64,000 nucleotides of DNA from Candidatus Latescibacterota bacterium (GCA_965208835.1 OZ242358.1:4192001-4256000), one strand, 5' to 3'; shown: positions 10,354-20,594, counted from the stretch's first letter. Program-made: numbers and translations. Notes: generated by a model from the letters alone, not told the origin.

Positions 10354-12363
10354 TTACGGTTGTCTTTTTTTTAGCTGAGGCTGGTCGACGGCCGGACGCC
10401 GTGCTGCTGTCGTTCCGTTCTCGTCAATATCGATCCATTTCAGATACATGGGGTTGGCCCACCAGTAGGCACAGAATTTCAGCCCCTTCACGTATGGCTT
10501 GACGAGCGCCGTGGCATTGGCGACGTGGAGCGGGAAATCCCAGCTGAATTCCTGCACCAGGCGGTGTACTTCGCGGTTGATCTCCGCCCGGCGGGACGGG
10601 TCCCTCGCGTGGTGCGCTTCCTGGCGCATCTCCTCCAGCCGCCAGCGAAGGTCGCTGGTGTTCGACCACTGGAAATGGTATTGACGGGCCTGGAGAAGCG
10701 TGACTTTGAGCGCCTTCCAGCACCATTCCAGGTCCGCATCCGGTTCGCCCGCCGTCCGCAGGATCTCGTCCGCGGTCTGCTGCCAACCGCTCATCGCCTC
10801 CTCCGCCTGCCTGCGCAGGTGCGGACCGTGCCTGCCGTTTGCAAAGAGCGACATCACCGAGTCCGCGTATGCCCCGATCCGCCGGCGGACCGGCTTGAAA
10901 TCGGAGAGGTTCTCCCCGCCTTCGAGTCTGATCATGCCCGATCGGACCTGCAGGATTCGCCGCTGCCCCTCCCACCAGGCCCCGTAGACACCGGGATCGT
11001 CCGTCCACTGGACGTTTTCGATCCATATCGTGCCGTAGATGGGATTCGGCCACGGCGCTCCCGAGGCCGCAAAGCAGATTCCCGCATAATGCGATGGATT
11101 CAGGGAAACCCGTTTGTCGGCGTACACTCCCAGTTCCTGATTGTCGATCCTGAACCGGATGCCCAGGTTTTCTTCGAGCATGGCGGCGATCACCACAAAC
11201 TGCGACACCATCTCGGGAGCCAGGTACGACGGGATCAGAATCACCGACTCGGGAATGCCCTTCCCGCCCGGATATCCGGCTTCGGACAACAGGCGCCGGG
11301 CTTCTTCCACGTGGAATCTCATCCCGAACCCGGGATCCCAATCCGGCATCGCGGGCGTGGAGAGCATGTGCATCGGCGTCTCCCTCCCGAGAAAGATCGA
11401 CTCCACGATCCGGCGCTTGTCGAATCCGAGGGCAATCGCCCGTCGAACGCGGGCGTCCCAGTAGACCGGGTGCTTCGAGAACAGAAATTTAACGAAGGAG
11501 AGTCCGCTCGTGGGCGTCAGGACCAGTTCGTCGCTTAGTTCGGGATGGTGTCTGGCGTAGTAGATATCGGCGATCGACGGCAGCAGCGCAAAGTCGATCT
11601 CGCCGCTCTGGTAACCTTCCAGCGGTCTGCCCGCAAACCGGCTGTTTATCCGCTCCAGATTGCCCCGGGGCAGATTGTACTTCGGATTCTTCTCCAGGAT
11701 AATATGGGAATTGAGTTCCCACTCCACGATCCTGTACGGTCCGTTCCCCTGGTAGTTGGGCAGCTTGTGCCACGCGTCTCCATGCTTCTCCAGGGAGGCG
11801 CGGTGGATCGGAAACATGCTTCCCGTCACCATCGCGTTCATGAAAGCGGGATACGGCCTCGCGAGACGGAAGCGCAGCGTGAAGTCGTCCAGCACCTCCA
11901 CACCCACCTCGTCCTCCCGCGCCGCGCCGTTTCTGAAATCCATCGCCTTGACCACGTACTGCAGCGGCGTATCCCAGAGCCACTTGCTTTCGCGCCCGGG
12001 TTCCATCTGATAGATGAAGGCGGCCCTGTAGTCCCGCGCGGTTACCGTCGTGCCGTCGTACCAGCGGTTGTCCCGCCGCAGAAAAAACGTATACGTCAGC
12101 CTGTCTTCGGAGATTTCCCATCGTTCGGCCTGCCCCGGAATGAGCCCACCTTCCGGCCCGAGTTGAACCAGGCCCTCCTTCGTGCCCAGCGTGATCTGCG
12201 CGTACATCCCCCCCGTATACAGATAGCTGTTCAACGTGCTCACCGGCGGCCCGATGTACCGGATCTCCCGGGGCCGGCCGGCATGCGCCGGTACACAGGA
12301 AAGCGCCACCGCAATCACTGCGAAAATGACGCCCGTTCGCCAATCCGTGCTCCGGAGAATCAT
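10354..12363 (-). CDS. oppA: peptide ABC transporter substrate-binding protein (family 5, OppA-like) with a C-terminal insertion
   Basis: ATG 12363 overlaps upstream stop (ATGA); signal peptide; AERWEISED..TYTFFLR...W.DG..VTA.D, GNGPY, VRRAI motifs. Confidence 0.85.
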   Translation of the reverse strand: MILRSTDWRTGVIFAVIAVALSCVPAHAGRPREIRYIGPPVSTLNSYLYTGGMYAQITLGTKEGLVQLGPEGGLIPGQAERWEISEDRLTYTFFLRRDNRWYDGTTVTARDYRAAFIYQMEPGRESKWLWDTPLQYVVKAMDFRNGAAREDEVGVEVLDDFTLRFRLARPYPAFMNAMVTGSMFPIHRASLEKHGDAWHKLPNYQGNGPYRIVEWELNSHIILEKNPKYNLPRGNLERINSRFAGRPLEGYQSGEIDFALLPSIADIYYARHHPELSDELVLTPTSGLSFVKFLFSKHPVYWDARVRRAIALGFDKRRIVESIFLGRETPMHMLSTPAMPDWDPGFGMRFHVEEARRLLSEAGYPGGKGIPESVILIPSYLAPEMVSQFVVIAAMLEENLGIRFRIDNQELGVYADKRVSLNPSHYAGICFAASGAPWPNPIYGTIWIENVQWTDDPGVYGAWWEGQRRILQVRSGMIRLEGGENLSDFKPVRRRIGAYADSVMSLFANGRHGPHLRRQAEEAMSGWQQTADEILRTAGEPDADLEWCWKALKVTLLQARQYHFQWSNTSDLRWRLEEMRQEAHHARDPSRRAEINREVHRLVQEFSWDFPLHVANATALVKPYVKGLKFCAYWWANPMYLKWIDIDENGTTAARRPAVDQPQLKKRQP

Positions 12364-14081
12364 GGACCCGCTTCCCCTTCCTCTATGACAAGCTCCCGAT
12401 CGACCGAAATGCTCCCCAACCGGTCCACCGTGCCGCCCGGCCACCGGACCGTGACCGAATCGGCGGCTGCGTGCTTGCCGAGTCCGAAATGCAGACGGAA
12501 GTCGTTCTGCGACAGATAGCTCGATCCGCTGCGGACCTCGCGGCTCTGCCGGCCGCCGCCGGCCCAGACCGTCACGCGGGCGCCAATGCCGTTGCGGTTG
12601 GACACGCGTCCGGCGGCGCCTGGATGCTGCCGATCCCCGCGAGCTGCTCCCACCAGCTTTATCCTCAGCCAGCGGTTCCGGTTGCCCACCTCGTTTCTCA
12701 GGAGCCGCGCCGTACCGTTCACTGCCAGGATGAATACGTCCACGTCGCCGTCGTTGTCGTAGTCCCCGAAGGCGGCGCCCCGGCCGGGAACCGGTATGGA
12801 CAGATCGTCCTTCACTTCGCGCGTGACGTCGATGAAGCGGCCGTCGCCCCTGTTTCGCATCAGGATGCCGGGCTGGTGGTAGACACTCCCCACCCGGTCG
12901 GCGTTGTCCAGCACGTGGCCGTGCACCATCAGAAGATCGGCCCAGCCATCGTTGTCGTAGTCCAGAAATCCGGTTCCCCATCCCACGTGGGGAAACGTGG
13001 GGGTCCTGATCCCTGAAATCGACGAAATATCCGTAAACAGCGCCCCGCCCTCGTTGCGGAAGAGCCCGGCGCCCTGCAGCCTGAAGTTGGTGACTGCCAG
13101 GTCCAGGCGGCCGTCCCGGTTGAAGTCGCCGAAGTCCGCGCCCATGCTGGACTGAAGCTCGCCGGACCCGCTGTAGGCCACGCCCGACAGAAGTCCCTTC
13201 TCCACAAAACGCCCGTCGCCCTGGTTAAGAAAGAGAAAATTGGGCGTCATATCGTTGGCCACGAAGACGTCCACGAATCCATTCCCGTCGACGTCGGCGC
13301 ACGCCATCCCCATCCCCTTGCCGCCGGGATTGAAGACACCCGCCGGTTCCGTGACATCCTTAAACGTCCCGTCGCCGTTGTTGCGATACAGGCGGTCCGC
13401 CGCCCCCTTGAAATTGTCGGGATGCGGATAGAACCGACCTTCCTCCGAGAGACTTGCGGCACGGGAAACGTAGGGCCTCAGGCCTGTTTCCCGGGAGGCG
13501 GTCGAGTAGTCCACGTAGTTGGCCACGTAGAGGTCGAGGAATCCATCCGCGTCGTAGTCCAGGAAGGCGCACCCCACGCTCCACACGGCATCGCCGGCCA
13601 CGCCGGCCTCGGCCGCGACGTTTCTGAACGTCCCGTCGCCGTTGTTCCGGAATAGGCTGTTGGGCCCGTAGCACGTCACGTAGAGGTCATCGTGCCCGTC
13701 GTTGTCGACGTCACCCGCGCAGACGCCCATGCCGTAGGCCGTTTCGCCCACGCCCGCGAACCGCGTCACGTCCGAGAAGCGACCCCCGCCGGCGTTCCGG
13801 TAGAGCCGGTTTCTCGGGGGAGGTCCGGCATAGCCGGGCAGCGTCCCGCCGTTGACGGCGAATACGTCCAGCCGGCCGTCGCTGTTGTAGTCCAGGAACG
13901 CGACGCCCGCCCCCATCGTCTCCACGAAATACTTCTCCCCCGTCCCGCCGTGGACGTGCCGGAAGTCGATGCCCGAAGATGCCGTCACGTCCACGAAACG
14001 CGGCGTTTCCGCGTACAGCGCACCGGCATGAAGAATCAGAAGGAAGAAGGAAAAAGGAAGAAGGAAGGAAAACTTTCCCAT
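12360..14081 (-). CDS. CRTAC1-family protein (FG-GAP/VCBS repeats + ASPIC/UnbV domain)
   Basis: multiple D(Y/V/F)(D/N)NDG..D repeats; GIGARV and GSSYLSQ...LHFGLG ASPIC/UnbV motifs. Confidence 0.93.
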   Translation of the reverse strand: MGKFSFLLPFSFFLLILHAGALYAETPRFVDVTASSGIDFRHVHGGTGEKYFVETMGAGVAFLDYNSDGRLDVFAVNGGTLPGYAGPPPRNRLYRNAGGGRFSDVTRFAGVGETAYGMGVCAGDVDNDGHDDLYVTCYGPNSLFRNNGDGTFRNVAAEAGVAGDAVWSVGCAFLDYDADGFLDLYVANYVDYSTASRETGLRPYVSRAASLSEEGRFYPHPDNFKGAADRLYRNNGDGTFKDVTEPAGVFNPGGKGMGMACADVDGNGFVDVFVANDMTPNFLFLNQGDGRFVEKGLLSGVAYSGSGELQSSMGADFGDFNRDGRLDLAVTNFRLQGAGLFRNEGGALFTDISSISGIRTPTFPHVGWGTGFLDYDNDGWADLLMVHGHVLDNADRVGSVYHQPGILMRNRGDGRFIDVTREVKDDLSIPVPGRGAAFGDYDNDGDVDVFILAVNGTARLLRNEVGNRNRWLRIKLVGAARGDRQHPGAAGRVSNRNGIGARVTVWAGGGRQSREVRSGSSYLSQNDFRLHFGLGKHAAADSVTVRWPGGTVDRLGSISVDRELVIEEGEAGP

Positions 14082-14149
14082 ATAACACGCTCGAAGCCGG
14101 ACTCTCGTTAACGGTTAAACAGAAATGGTTCACGAAAGAGCGCGCGAAA

Positions 14150-14283
14150 AAGCGGGGAGACGGTAGAGGTGAGACGGGAGAAGAAGCCCTTGCCGATTTG
14201 TTCCTCCGACTTGCCTGCGGCATGAGAAGAAACCCTTTGCGGCATACGATCTCTCCCCTCTCACGGCTTACGTCTTCCCGCTT
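14150..14283 (-). repeat. heptamer-armed intergenic repeat, copy B
   Basis: GAGACGG/TAGAGGT arms, core ...TTGCCTGCGGCATGAGAAGAAACC..., right arm CTTACGTCTTCCCGC. Confidence 0.7.
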
Positions 14284-15551
14284 TAAGGAAACTGCGGAAC
14301 CGTTACCCGTTCCCCTCGCGCGGCGGCAAGCTCGCCGCAGATCGCGGGAGCGCACGAACGCGCGGCCTGGACCGCGTCGATGAGCGGGCGGCGGTCGCGG
14401 ACGATGGCGTCGAAGAAGTCCAGCATCATATCGAATTCCGCCCCCTGGTGTCCGGGTCCGGATCCCGTTATCAGGGGCAGTTCCATCCATCCATCGCCCG
14501 ATTCCACGGTATTCAGAAACCGGTGGGGAAGGTGAACGTATCCGGAACCGACCTCGTTGCGCCGTTCGCCTTCGTAACATCCCAGCGTTCCGTAAAGCGC
14601 GAGATAGTTCAGGTGAGGGCGGCGGAATCCGTAGCTCTGCAGCGCTTTGACGATCACGCCGCTCTCGCTCTTCATCAGCGCCGCCGCGCTGTCGAAGCCG
14701 TCGCCGGTATTCGCGCCGAAACCCTCCTCCGGGCTGCCTTCGACGAAGCTCGTACCGCGCATCCCGAATGCTTCCACTTCCACAATCTGCTCGTCACCCA
14801 GCAGCCAGCGCGACGTGTCGAACGTGGTATGCACGGCCGCGTTCAGCGGCGGCTCGATGCCCCCTTCACACCCCCGGTCGGCCGGCATCCCCACCTCGCG
14901 CTCACGGTCCACCCAGTACCGCTTCCTCCGCCGGTAGTCGCAGTTGTACTCCGCCTCCACGTACTGCACCTTGCCAAACTCCCCCTCCACGCACAGCTTC
15001 TTCAGGGCTTCGTACCGGTTATACCACCGCAACTGGTTGCCCATCTGCACCTTGAGTCCGGTTGCCTCGCTCAGATCCACGATGGCCCTGCATTCCTCCA
15101 GGGTGACGGCAAGGGGCATTTCCACGAAGACGTGCTTGCCCGCCTGCAACGCCTGGATTGCATGCTCCCCGTGCCGGTCCGTGCCCGTCTCCACCACGAC
15201 CACGCGGACCTCGTCGTCCTTCAGCATGTCTTCGTACCGCCGGTACGATCTGGGGACGTCCAACTCGCCGGCGACGTATTCCGCCAGGTCCGGGACCTCG
15301 TCGCATACAGCCACGGTCCGACTCCGGTCCAGGAGGTTGCACAATCCCGCCATGAACCGGCCCCGTCCCAGGCCGACCACCCCCACGTTCAAGACACGGG
15401 CGCCCCGGTCGGGACCGGCAACCCGCATGGGCGGCCTCTCCTGGCGCGCCATCCATTCCAGGTATCGCTCCATCCTGGCCTGTCTCGCCTTTTCCGAATA
15501 CCAGTCTCGAGACAGGTACCTTTCAAGAATGTCGCGTCTGTTCGGGTCCAT
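14283..15551 (-). CDS. Gfo/Idh/MocA family NAD(P)-dependent oxidoreductase
   Basis: GVVGLGRG Rossmann motif, AGKHVFVEMP. Confidence 0.9.
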   Translation of the reverse strand: MDPNRRDILERYLSRDWYSEKARQARMERYLEWMARQERPPMRVAGPDRGARVLNVGVVGLGRGRFMAGLCNLLDRSRTVAVCDEVPDLAEYVAGELDVPRSYRRYEDMLKDDEVRVVVVETGTDRHGEHAIQALQAGKHVFVEMPLAVTLEECRAIVDLSEATGLKVQMGNQLRWYNRYEALKKLCVEGEFGKVQYVEAEYNCDYRRRKRYWVDREREVGMPADRGCEGGIEPPLNAAVHTTFDTSRWLLGDEQIVEVEAFGMRGTSFVEGSPEEGFGANTGDGFDSAAALMKSESGVIVKALQSYGFRRPHLNYLALYGTLGCYEGERRNEVGSGYVHLPHRFLNTVESGDGWMELPLITGSGPGHQGAEFDMMLDFFDAIVRDRRPLIDAVQAARSCAPAICGELAAARGERVTVPQFP

Positions 15552-15580
15552 AATTGACTCCGGTGGTCACACGAATTCAG

Positions 15581-15780
15581 TTGGGGCGACCGGCCGGTCG
15601 CCTGAATGCGGTGAGACGTTAGAAGGAAGACGGTAGATGAAATCCTTGCCAAATGAGATATCCCTCCTTGCCTCCGGCAGGAGAAGAAACCTGACAAGGC
15701 AGGCAATCTCTCCCGTCTCCCGGCTCACGTCTACCCGCTTTTGGCTTCTTCCTTCTTCCTTTTTCCTTCTTCCTTTTATT
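15581..15780. repeat. composite repeat: REP hairpin GGGCGACCGGCCGGTCGCC + heptamer-armed copy C + TTCCTTC heptamer array
   Basis: hairpin 15584-15602 fused to GCCTGAATGCGG left end; core TTGCCTCCGGCAGGAGAAGAAACC; pyrimidine array 15745-15778. Confidence 0.75.
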
Positions 15781-16906
15781 CGCTGTTCAGCAGCGTATGG
15801 ACCGCCCGTTTGAACACGTGGATCGCGCGTTTGGCGGCGCCGTGCGGACCCGCCGTGGCGACGTTGATCTCATAGAATACGCTGGGGATGCCAAGCCTCC
15901 GGGCCATCTGATAGCACATCGTATTCTCACGATGCACGTTGGCCTTGCCGTGCGTGGACAGGCCGTCGGTCTCCAGGCGCATCGTGTCGCATAGGGCCTG
16001 GTACAGCCGGGCGCGATCGGTATTCTCAAAGATGGGATCGACCACCTCGTACCATCCATCGTAAGGGTATTCTCCGTTTTCCCGCCAGCCCACGAACGCA
16101 TGGATATTCATCCACATCGCCGGCCGGACTTTCACGAGCCTTTCCCATAGCAAGCGGCTCTCGTGGGCTTCGGGCGCCTCCGCTTCCGGGTCGTCGCCGA
16201 AGGACCGGTACATGTCGAACCCCTCGGCGTTGAACGCGTTCCTGCCTGCAACGTTTCCATCGGGATTGACCGCCGGCAGGACCTCCACCTGTATCCGCTC
16301 CCGGAGAGCGACGGCATCCGGCACGAGAGACGTGATGTAATCCGCAATGCCCAGCATCCCCCACGTGCCCGAGAACTCGACCGCGTGCTGTCCGGCCACG
16401 CACAGAATCCGCGGCTTGCCGGGCGCGCCGGTCCGGATTCCGGTGATGTCCCGCCCCTGCACCGATTTGCCAATGGTAAATGCCTCGCAGCGGTCCCCGC
16501 GTTCATCCGCCAGCCTTCGGAGCGCGTCTTGCGTATCGCTGTAGCGCGCGGGCCATGCGTTCGTTACCCGAATCGTCTCGTTTGCCTTCAGATTCAGGCG
16601 GATCAACAGCGGTTCCTCCGTATTCCGGACCCGCTCGCGGTCGAGCGGCTTGAATCGACCGTCGCTCCGGGATGCGACCCACACCGTGGTCGGCAGGCTG
16701 ACCACGAATCCCTCCGGGCCGAATCGCGAGTCCGGCCACACTTCAACGGTTACCGTCGATGCAGGCCCGTCATTCCGGACGTCGAAGCAGAAGTAGTAAC
16801 AATAAGTCGGCTTGTCTCCAATGACCTCGAGCCGGAACCGGTCGATTGCGATCTGCCGGATATGCTTCGCGTTTCCGCATTCGAAATCAGCCGCGATTGA
16901 AATCAT
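15776..16906 (-). CDS. M14 family zinc carboxypeptidase (cytosolic carboxypeptidase-like)
   Basis: ADFECGN N-terminus, GKSVQGR, HAVE (HxxE), NPDG, NIH zinc ligand. Confidence 0.85.
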   Translation of the reverse strand: MISIAADFECGNAKHIRQIAIDRFRLEVIGDKPTYCYYFCFDVRNDGPASTVTVEVWPDSRFGPEGFVVSLPTTVWVASRSDGRFKPLDRERVRNTEEPLLIRLNLKANETIRVTNAWPARYSDTQDALRRLADERGDRCEAFTIGKSVQGRDITGIRTGAPGKPRILCVAGQHAVEFSGTWGMLGIADYITSLVPDAVALRERIQVEVLPAVNPDGNVAGRNAFNAEGFDMYRSFGDDPEAEAPEAHESRLLWERLVKVRPAMWMNIHAFVGWRENGEYPYDGWYEVVDPIFENTDRARLYQALCDTMRLETDGLSTHGKANVHRENTMCYQMARRLGIPSVFYEINVATAGPHGAAKRAIHVFKRAVHTLLNSE

Positions 16907-16960
16907 CCCAACTTTCCCCCGTAGGCACGTGGACGACGCGCGCTCGCGTGATGGATGGTA

Positions 16961-18088
16961 TCAGTGGTAACCGGTTCCCTCGGGCGGCCGGGCGTACGCC
17001 ACCGCGATCCGGCTGGGAACGCCGGTTCGTTTCATCGAATTCACGCCCCTGCATGACAGCGACTGCACCCCCTCCCGCATCGGCCAGTCGAAACGTTCGC
17101 CGCACCGCTGCCAGACCCCGTCGTCGAAGCGGATCTCGTAGTGGTCGAAGAACGGCATACAGTGCGAAAGCGTTACCGCCAGCCTTGCCCCCTCCTCATC
17201 CCAGGACGGATGCGTGGAGATGCGCACCAGATTCACTGTCCAATATACATCCGGGAGACTGGAGGTCAATCGAGCGGGGCCAAGCGGTTTGAAGTTACTC
17301 ACGAACGTGGGCAGGCACCTCCTGTCCACCCATTCCAGGGTGCGGCGGTCCGTCAGAACCCGGACCCGGGCGTAGTAGTCCATCACCCTGTTTCGCAGGA
17401 ACCTCGCGAACAAATGGCGGTTGACCTCCTCGTCATAGTCCTTCCGGCAGGTGGGGTCCCGGAGCGCGAGACGGACGTGCCTGGCATCGGGAATGACGAA
17501 TTCCGGCTGATCCTGCACCATTTCGACCTCATCCGTATTGCTGTCCAGCCAGGCTTTCCGGATCTCCAGCGCGTTCAACGGCGTACCGTCCCGCTCGTAG
17601 TGGACGTTGATATCGGGATCCATCATCACCCACTTCCGGTATTCGTTGGACCAGACCTCCGCAACCGCGTGTCCGACGTTCCACATAGCGTAGTCCCGGG
17701 GCGCCTCGCAATCTTCGATGGAGACCGCCACCCTCCGCGCCGGCCAGCCGAGTGCGGTTGCCGCATCCACGAATACCCGGGCGTAGGAACCGCAGAAGAA
17801 GCGTTCCCCCCTGCTCACGGCCTCCAGAATCCCCAGGCCGTCGTCGACTTCCGGGCGGTTGTACCAGAGCCCGTGGTCCCACTGTCCGCGGACCCATCGC
17901 TTCAGGGCCAGAAACCCCTCGAATTCCGTCCCGCAGCCCGCCACGACGTCTTCCAGACTGTATTCTTCCCTGAGGCGCACGATTCTCGGCGCATGCGGGT
18001 CCCCGTAATCGTGGCACCTATAGTCCCCGCTGAAGTCCGGGACGTTATAGGAGACGACTCGGAATTCACCAGGACACATCAGGCTCAT
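16961..18088 (-). CDS. transglutaminase-like domain protein (Cys-His-Asp)
   Basis: FCGSYA, GHAVAEVWS..Y.KWVMMDP; ATG 18088 after GGGAGGA. Confidence 0.8.
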   Translation of the reverse strand: MSLMCPGEFRVVSYNVPDFSGDYRCHDYGDPHAPRIVRLREEYSLEDVVAGCGTEFEGFLALKRWVRGQWDHGLWYNRPEVDDGLGILEAVSRGERFFCGSYARVFVDAATALGWPARRVAVSIEDCEAPRDYAMWNVGHAVAEVWSNEYRKWVMMDPDINVHYERDGTPLNALEIRKAWLDSNTDEVEMVQDQPEFVIPDARHVRLALRDPTCRKDYDEEVNRHLFARFLRNRVMDYYARVRVLTDRRTLEWVDRRCLPTFVSNFKPLGPARLTSSLPDVYWTVNLVRISTHPSWDEEGARLAVTLSHCMPFFDHYEIRFDDGVWQRCGERFDWPMREGVQSLSCRGVNSMKRTGVPSRIAVAYARPPEGTGYH

Positions 18089-18104
18089 GGGATCCTCCCG
18101 AGAA

Positions 18105-19019
18105 CTACCCGGCTCGCACCGGCTTCCCCAGCGCCTCGGCCATCGCACGGATGTGGGATGGTCCCGCGCCGCAGCAGCACCCCACGAAGTTGATCCCTTC
18201 CGCCCTCGCCTTCAGCGCGAACGCCGCCATCTCGTCGGGCGTGACGCCATTGCTGTGACGGTGGACGGCGTAGCCGACGTCTTCGGTATCCGTCATTTGC
18301 CTGAATCCCTTCGGCTGGCAGGCGATCGGCACGTCCACCGCTTCCCGCATCTCGAGCGCCGTCGGCAGCATCTGGTCCGGATCCCCGATACAGACGGTCC
18401 CCACGATATCCGCTCCGTCGTCCGCGAGGACGCGGGCGCATTCCGCCGCACTGGCGCCGTCCTGCGTCTGTGTGTCGCTTCCGATGCCCACAAGCGCCAT
18501 CGTCGGCAGGCCGGTCTTCTTGCAGCTTTCCACGCACAGCCGCATCTCGTCCAGACGGAAAAACGTCTCCGGGATCAGGAAGTCCGCACCGGCGTCGACG
18601 AGAATCGCGATCTGCTCTTCCCATTCGGCCTGCGCGCGTGCGCCCGACGAAGGATCCTCCGGATTGTAAACCCGGTCTCCCAGCCGGGAGCCGGTCATCG
18701 TGGAGACGAGACATCCGCCCACCGGCGCCTCCCAACCGGACGCCTCTTTCGCCGCGCGAATCCCGGTCCGGTTGATTTCGTCAACGCGGCCTCCCCATCC
18801 GTATTTCTCCTCCAGCTGAGCGCCCGAGGTAAACCACGTCAGCGCCTGGAGCACCTCCGATCCTGAATTATAAAAGTCCCGATGGATCTGCTGAAGCGCT
18901 TCCGGATGGGAGCCGATGATGCCGGGGACATCGTAACCTCTCCAGTTCGCCTCCAGGTACATCCCGCCGTCACCCAGAACGATCCCTTCATTGAGCATTT
19001 CCATAAGATTCCCGGCCAT
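18105..19019 (-). CDS. homocysteine S-methyltransferase family protein (BHMT-like), copy 1
   Basis: LGDGG, ETF, GTVC and GCCCG zinc-binding cysteines. Confidence 0.9.
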   Translation of the reverse strand: MAGNLMEMLNEGIVLGDGGMYLEANWRGYDVPGIIGSHPEALQQIHRDFYNSGSEVLQALTWFTSGAQLEEKYGWGGRVDEINRTGIRAAKEASGWEAPVGGCLVSTMTGSRLGDRVYNPEDPSSGARAQAEWEEQIAILVDAGADFLIPETFFRLDEMRLCVESCKKTGLPTMALVGIGSDTQTQDGASAAECARVLADDGADIVGTVCIGDPDQMLPTALEMREAVDVPIACQPKGFRQMTDTEDVGYAVHRHSNGVTPDEMAAFALKARAEGINFVGCCCGAGPSHIRAMAEALGKPVRAG

Positions 19020-19074
19020 ATCTCAATTCTCCTATCGACAGTGATTAAATCGCCCCGCCCCCACACGTCCACCC

Positions 19075-19660
19075 CCCTCGACGTGGGGAGAGGGTAGAGG
19101 TGAGACGGGAGAAGATATCCATGCCAGGTATGTTATTCCTCCCCGCCTCCGGCACGAGAAGAATCCTCACAAGGCAGGTGATCTCTACCCTCTTACGTCT
19201 TACGTCTACCCGCCTTTACAGTAGTTGAATTCCCCCACACCCAGACGTCCCCATTCCCTTGATGTGGGTAGAGGTGAGAGGGTAGACGGGAGAAGAAATC
19301 CTCGCCCGGTATGTCATTCCACCTTGCCTTCGGCTCGAAAAGAATCCTCACAAGGCAGGCAATCTCTCCCGGCTAACGTCTTCCTTCTCACCAGGTGGTG
19401 GGCTGGGGTGTGGTCCTCTACCCTCTTCCGGCTTACGTCTTCCCGCTCTTACTGCAGTTGACTTCCCCCACACTCAGACGTCCCCTATTCCCCTGATGTG
19501 GTGAGAGGTGAGAAAATCGGGTAGACGGAAGACGTTAGACGGTAGATGAAATCCTTGCCAGATGAGATATTCCTCCCAGCCTTTGGCACGAGAAGAAACC
19601 TCACGGGGCAGGCAATCTCTCCCGGCTTACGTCTCACGTCTTACCGCCTTTACAGTAGTT
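19075..19660 (-). repeat. three tandem heptamer-armed repeats (copies D, E, F), each ending TTAC(A/T)G(T/C)AGTT
   Basis: units at about 19082-19226, 19262-19460 and 19496-19660 share arms and core GCCT(C/T)(C/T)GGC(A/T)CGA(G/A)AAGAA..CTCAC..GGCAGG. Confidence 0.85.
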
Positions 19661-19679
19661 AATGAGGTCCTCCCGAGAT

Positions 19680-20594
19680 TTACCCGGTTCGCACCGGCTT
19701 CCCCAGCGCCTCGGCCATCGCACGGATGTGGGATGGTCCCGCGCCGCAGCAGCACCCCACGAAGTTGATCCCTTCCGCCATCGCCTTCAGCGCGAACGCC
19801 GCCATCTCGTCCGGCGTGACGCCGTTGCGGTGACGGCGGACGGCATAGCTGACGCCTTCGGTATCCGCCGCTTGCCTGAATCCCTTGGGCTGGCAGGCGA
19901 CCGGCACGTCCACCGCTTCCCGCATCTCAAGCGCCGTCGGCAGCATCTGGTCCGGGTCCCCGATGCAGACGGTCCCCACGATATCCGCGCCGTCGTCCAC
20001 GAGAGTGCGGGCGCATTCCGCCGCATTGGCGCCGTCCCGTGTCTGCTTGTTGCTTCCGATGCCCACAAGCACCATCGTCGGCAGGCCGGTCTTCTTGCAG
20101 CTTTCCACGCACAGCCGCATCTCGTCCAGACGGGAAAACGTCTCCGGAATCAGAAAGTCGGCGCCCGCGTCCACCAGAATCGCGATCTGCTCTTCCCATT
20201 CGGCCTGCGCGCGGACGCGCGACGAAGGATCCTCCGGATTGTAACCCTTGTCTCCCAACCGGGAGCCCTTCATCGTGGTGACGAGACAGCCGCCGACCGG
20301 CGCCTCCCAGCCGGACGCCTCTTTCGCCGCGCGAATCCCGGTCCGGTTGATTTCGTCCACGCGGCCTCCCCATCCATATTTCTCCTCCAGTTGTGCCCCC
20401 GAGGTAAACCATGTCAGCGCCTGGAGCACTTCCGAACCCGAATTGTAAAAGTCCCGATGGATCTGCTGAAGCGCATCCGGGTGGGAGCCGATGATGCCGG
20501 GTACATCGTAACCTCTCCAGTTCGCCTCCAGGAACATCCCGCCGTCACCCAGAACGATCCCCTCCTTGAGCATTTCCATAAGATTCCCGGCCAT
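19680..20594 (-). CDS. homocysteine S-methyltransferase family protein (BHMT-like), copy 2
   Basis: about 26 aa differences in 304 versus copy 1 (counted by eye); same motifs. Confidence 0.9.
   Translation of the reverse strand: MAGNLMEMLKEGIVLGDGGMFLEANWRGYDVPGIIGSHPDALQQIHRDFYNSGSEVLQALTWFTSGAQLEEKYGWGGRVDEINRTGIRAAKEASGWEAPVGGCLVTTMKGSRLGDKGYNPEDPSSRVRAQAEWEEQIAILVDAGADFLIPETFSRLDEMRLCVESCKKTGLPTMVLVGIGSNKQTRDGANAAECARTLVDDGADIVGTVCIGDPDQMLPTALEMREAVDVPVACQPKGFRQAADTEGVSYAVRRHRNGVTPDEMAAFALKAMAEGINFVGCCCGAGPSHIRAMAEALGKPVRTG

Noticed and set aside
12364-12981. N-terminal extension of the 875-aa OppA ORF, and similar extensions of 607-, 55945-57669 and 58827- ORFs
   Set aside because: They overlap neighbouring genes or repeats; downstream starts have RBS, coupling or signal peptides.
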